Below, piece by piece: positions 62,140-64,000 of a DNA stretch of 64,000 nt (position 1 is the first letter of the stretch; every line of letters begins with the position of its first letter). The notes under the pieces are model-generated. The model was not told the origin of the DNA, did not search any database, and saw only the letters and a list, made by a program, of their open reading frames with translations. The DNA lies in NCBI GenBank assembly GCA_964187785.1, contig OZ076411.1:42098001-42162000 (forward strand). Reading direction: 5' to 3'. Source of the DNA: Amphiscolops sp. MND2022 (Eukaryota). A program made the translations under genes and the position numbers.

Positions 62140-64000
62140 TCAATGCTCTGAGTCTCGATGCGTTGCATACTGCGAAAAATCTTTGAAATGCATGAAGCAA
62201 ATAGAACATACAAGAGGATTGGCTTGCGAAAGATCATTCGCAGATGGTACATTTTTAGCTTGAGCTTTTTCAGAATCATTTTTATCTTTGCCTTTAGATG
62301 CCACTGGTACATCAGACTCCGAAGGTTTCTTCATGATCGTCTTTTTATACTCTTCGTAATCCGCGATGTTATGCTGGGTCACCAGATGACTTTTGAGACC
62401 TGCTTCTTGTACCATACTGAATCCACATTCAGCGCATTGCCATGGTTGAGTTTTATCAAAATGTTTCTGAATATGCCAGGTGAAATCTGCGCGGTCGAAG
62501 CAAGTATAGTCACCTTTGAAGCATCGAAACTCTTGCTTCACATCGGTGTTTGAAAGATGAATTCTTCCCATCTTGGCAGGTTTGGGGTATGCAAAGTCGT
62601 GCTCGTTCAGTTGATGCTTCTTGAAATCTGCAGCATTGTCGAATGTGAGGAAGTTCGATAGCTCCGTTGAATTTTCAGTAGATACAGGTGGATCCGAAAC
62701 AGCAGATCTCACACTAACTGGGCAATTGACACACACGAAGTTGAACCCAGACGGATGAACTAGGGCGAAATGATCCCGACAAGCAGAGGAAGAGTTGAAT
62801 GAAACCGAACAAACTTTGCACTCGAGTTTGGACACCATGTTACTCATCGATCCAGAACTCATTCCACAGGACCCATTCGAGGACCCCCCTGACATGCCTC
62901 CTCCGATATGCTGACCCCATCCGTGGAACAACGTAACGTGATGATTCCTAGTGACACTGTTGTCAAATTTGCTTTGGCAGAAGATGCATTCGAACGCGTC
63001 AGTGACGTTACCTTTTCCATGGTCGATCAGCAAATGTTTCTCAAACGATGAACTCCCGTGGTAAGTAGCAGAGCAAAACTGGCAATGTCGAGCTGAGTGG
63101 TTGACTGATGTATGAATTTCAAGTTGAAAAGCATTGAGAAACTGAACTCCCGTGTTAGAACAATTGGGATGGGGACACACGAGAAGTCTTTGAGAATCTG
63201 AGCCTCCTGATAAATTCAAAGCACGGCTCGAATTCTCTTCCTTGATGTTAACACTACTCGAATTTGACCAGTCTGTTTTGGGCTCTTTGTCATGTTGAAT
63301 GGGAACTGCAGGACAATACGTGGACAAGACTTCGCAATGATTCACTTCTCGGTGAGCTATCATATCAATATGTCGCGGAAATGTTTTATGACATACGTCA
63401 CAAACGGAGTCATGATCTTTCCAAGTTTTGTGAACTTCGTCATCTGAGTTGGCCATATGAGTGATTAGCTCCGATTTGGACTCAAACACTTTCGAACATG
63501 CAGGGCACCGAAAGTAGAAAAATCGACGAACTCTCGATAAATTCACATGTTGTGCAGCTACGTGTTCCTTGATTTTGTCTTCACTCATCGTCAGTTCACT
63601 GCAAATAAGGCACTTGTACAGGTGATGCAAACTCTGCACAAATTCACTCGTTACTTTTGTGTTATGACTGTTGGCATAATGACTAATAGCTGAAGTCTCG
63701 CTTTTGAACGCCAGTGTACACTTCGAACACTTGTAGAAAAACTCGGAATGCTTCTTGGCCACATGATCAACCATGAGCGAGATTTTGGTGAAATTCAATT
63801 GACATTGTATGCAACGGAAACCAGATATTTTGTTGAAATGGTGACATTTCTTCAAATGCTTATTAAAAGCCTCGCTTGATTCAGAATAAAGTCCACATTC
63901 TGGACAGATTCTACTGAGGGGATTCACGTGCAATGATTGGTGCGCTGTGAAAGCACATGAATTTATCAAGCTTGTCTTCGAACAAAGTCCACAATTTTGT
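62140..64000 (-). CDS. Multi-C2H2 zinc-finger protein, ZNF532/ZNF592/ZNF687-like; 5' end lies beyond the window
   Basis: About 14 C2H2-like fingers. The frame is open to the window edge (QNCGLCSKTSLINSCAFTAHQSLH..CPECG). HSEFFYKCSKCTLAFKS resembles the ZNF532-family finger as recalled. The track start at 63969 is a TTG. Confidence 0.85.
   Translation of the reverse strand, partial: QNCGLCSKTSLINSCAFTAHQSLHVNPLSRICPECGLYSESSEAFNKHLKKCHHFNKISGFRCIQCQLNFTKISLMVDHVAKKHSEFFYKCSKCTLAFKSETSAISHYANSHNTKVTSEFVQSLHHLYKCLICSELTMSEDKIKEHVAAQHVNLSRVRRFFYFRCPACSKVFESKSELITHMANSDDEVHKTWKDHDSVCDVCHKTFPRHIDMIAHREVNHCEVLSTYCPAVPIQHDKEPKTDWSNSSSVNIKEENSSRALNLSGGSDSQRLLVCPHPNCSNTGVQFLNAFQLEIHTSVNHSARHCQFCSATYHGSSSFEKHLLIDHGKGNVTDAFECIFCQSKFDNSVTRNHHVTLFHGWGQHIGGGMSGGSSNGSCGMSSGSMSNMVSKLECKVCSVSFNSSSACRDHFALVHPSGFNFVCVNCPVSVRSAVSDPPVSTENSTELSNFLTFDNAADFKKHQLNEHDFAYPKPAKMGRIHLSNTDVKQEFRCFKGDYTCFDRADFTWHIQKHFDKTQPWQCAECGFSMVQEAGLKSHLVTQHNIADYEEYKKTIMKKPSESDVPVASKGKDKNDSEKAQAKNVPSANDLSQANPLVCSICFMHFKDFSQYATHRDSEH

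Overview
AT-rich, repeat-laden animal (metazoan) nuclear DNA; the species cannot be fixed from the sequence alone. Gene models that splice in frame are ATP synthase subunit c (2 exons, -), PPCS (intronless, -), IGHMBP2 (2 exons, -), POLA1 (11 exons, -, one GC-AG intron), a 5'-truncated ZNF532/592/687-like C2H2 gene (-), and two orphan + strand genes. One orphan encodes a ~950-aa furin-site-rich, probably GPI- or membrane-anchored precursor; the other a ~450-aa kinase-motif-rich protein. Most short ORFs in the track are artefacts of dense non-autonomous rolling-circle (Helentron/HINE, DINE-1-like) elements. At least three such families share one end architecture. They nest into their own T-tracts and carry tRNA-like B-box modules, and one copy has duplicated a splice acceptor plus 50 coding nt of POLA1 exon 2 to a site 45 kb away. 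Also present are a decayed hAT element, TIR MITEs with clean TSDs, and LINE and Bel/Pao relics. All calls come from reading the sequence and recalled family motifs; no searches were run.
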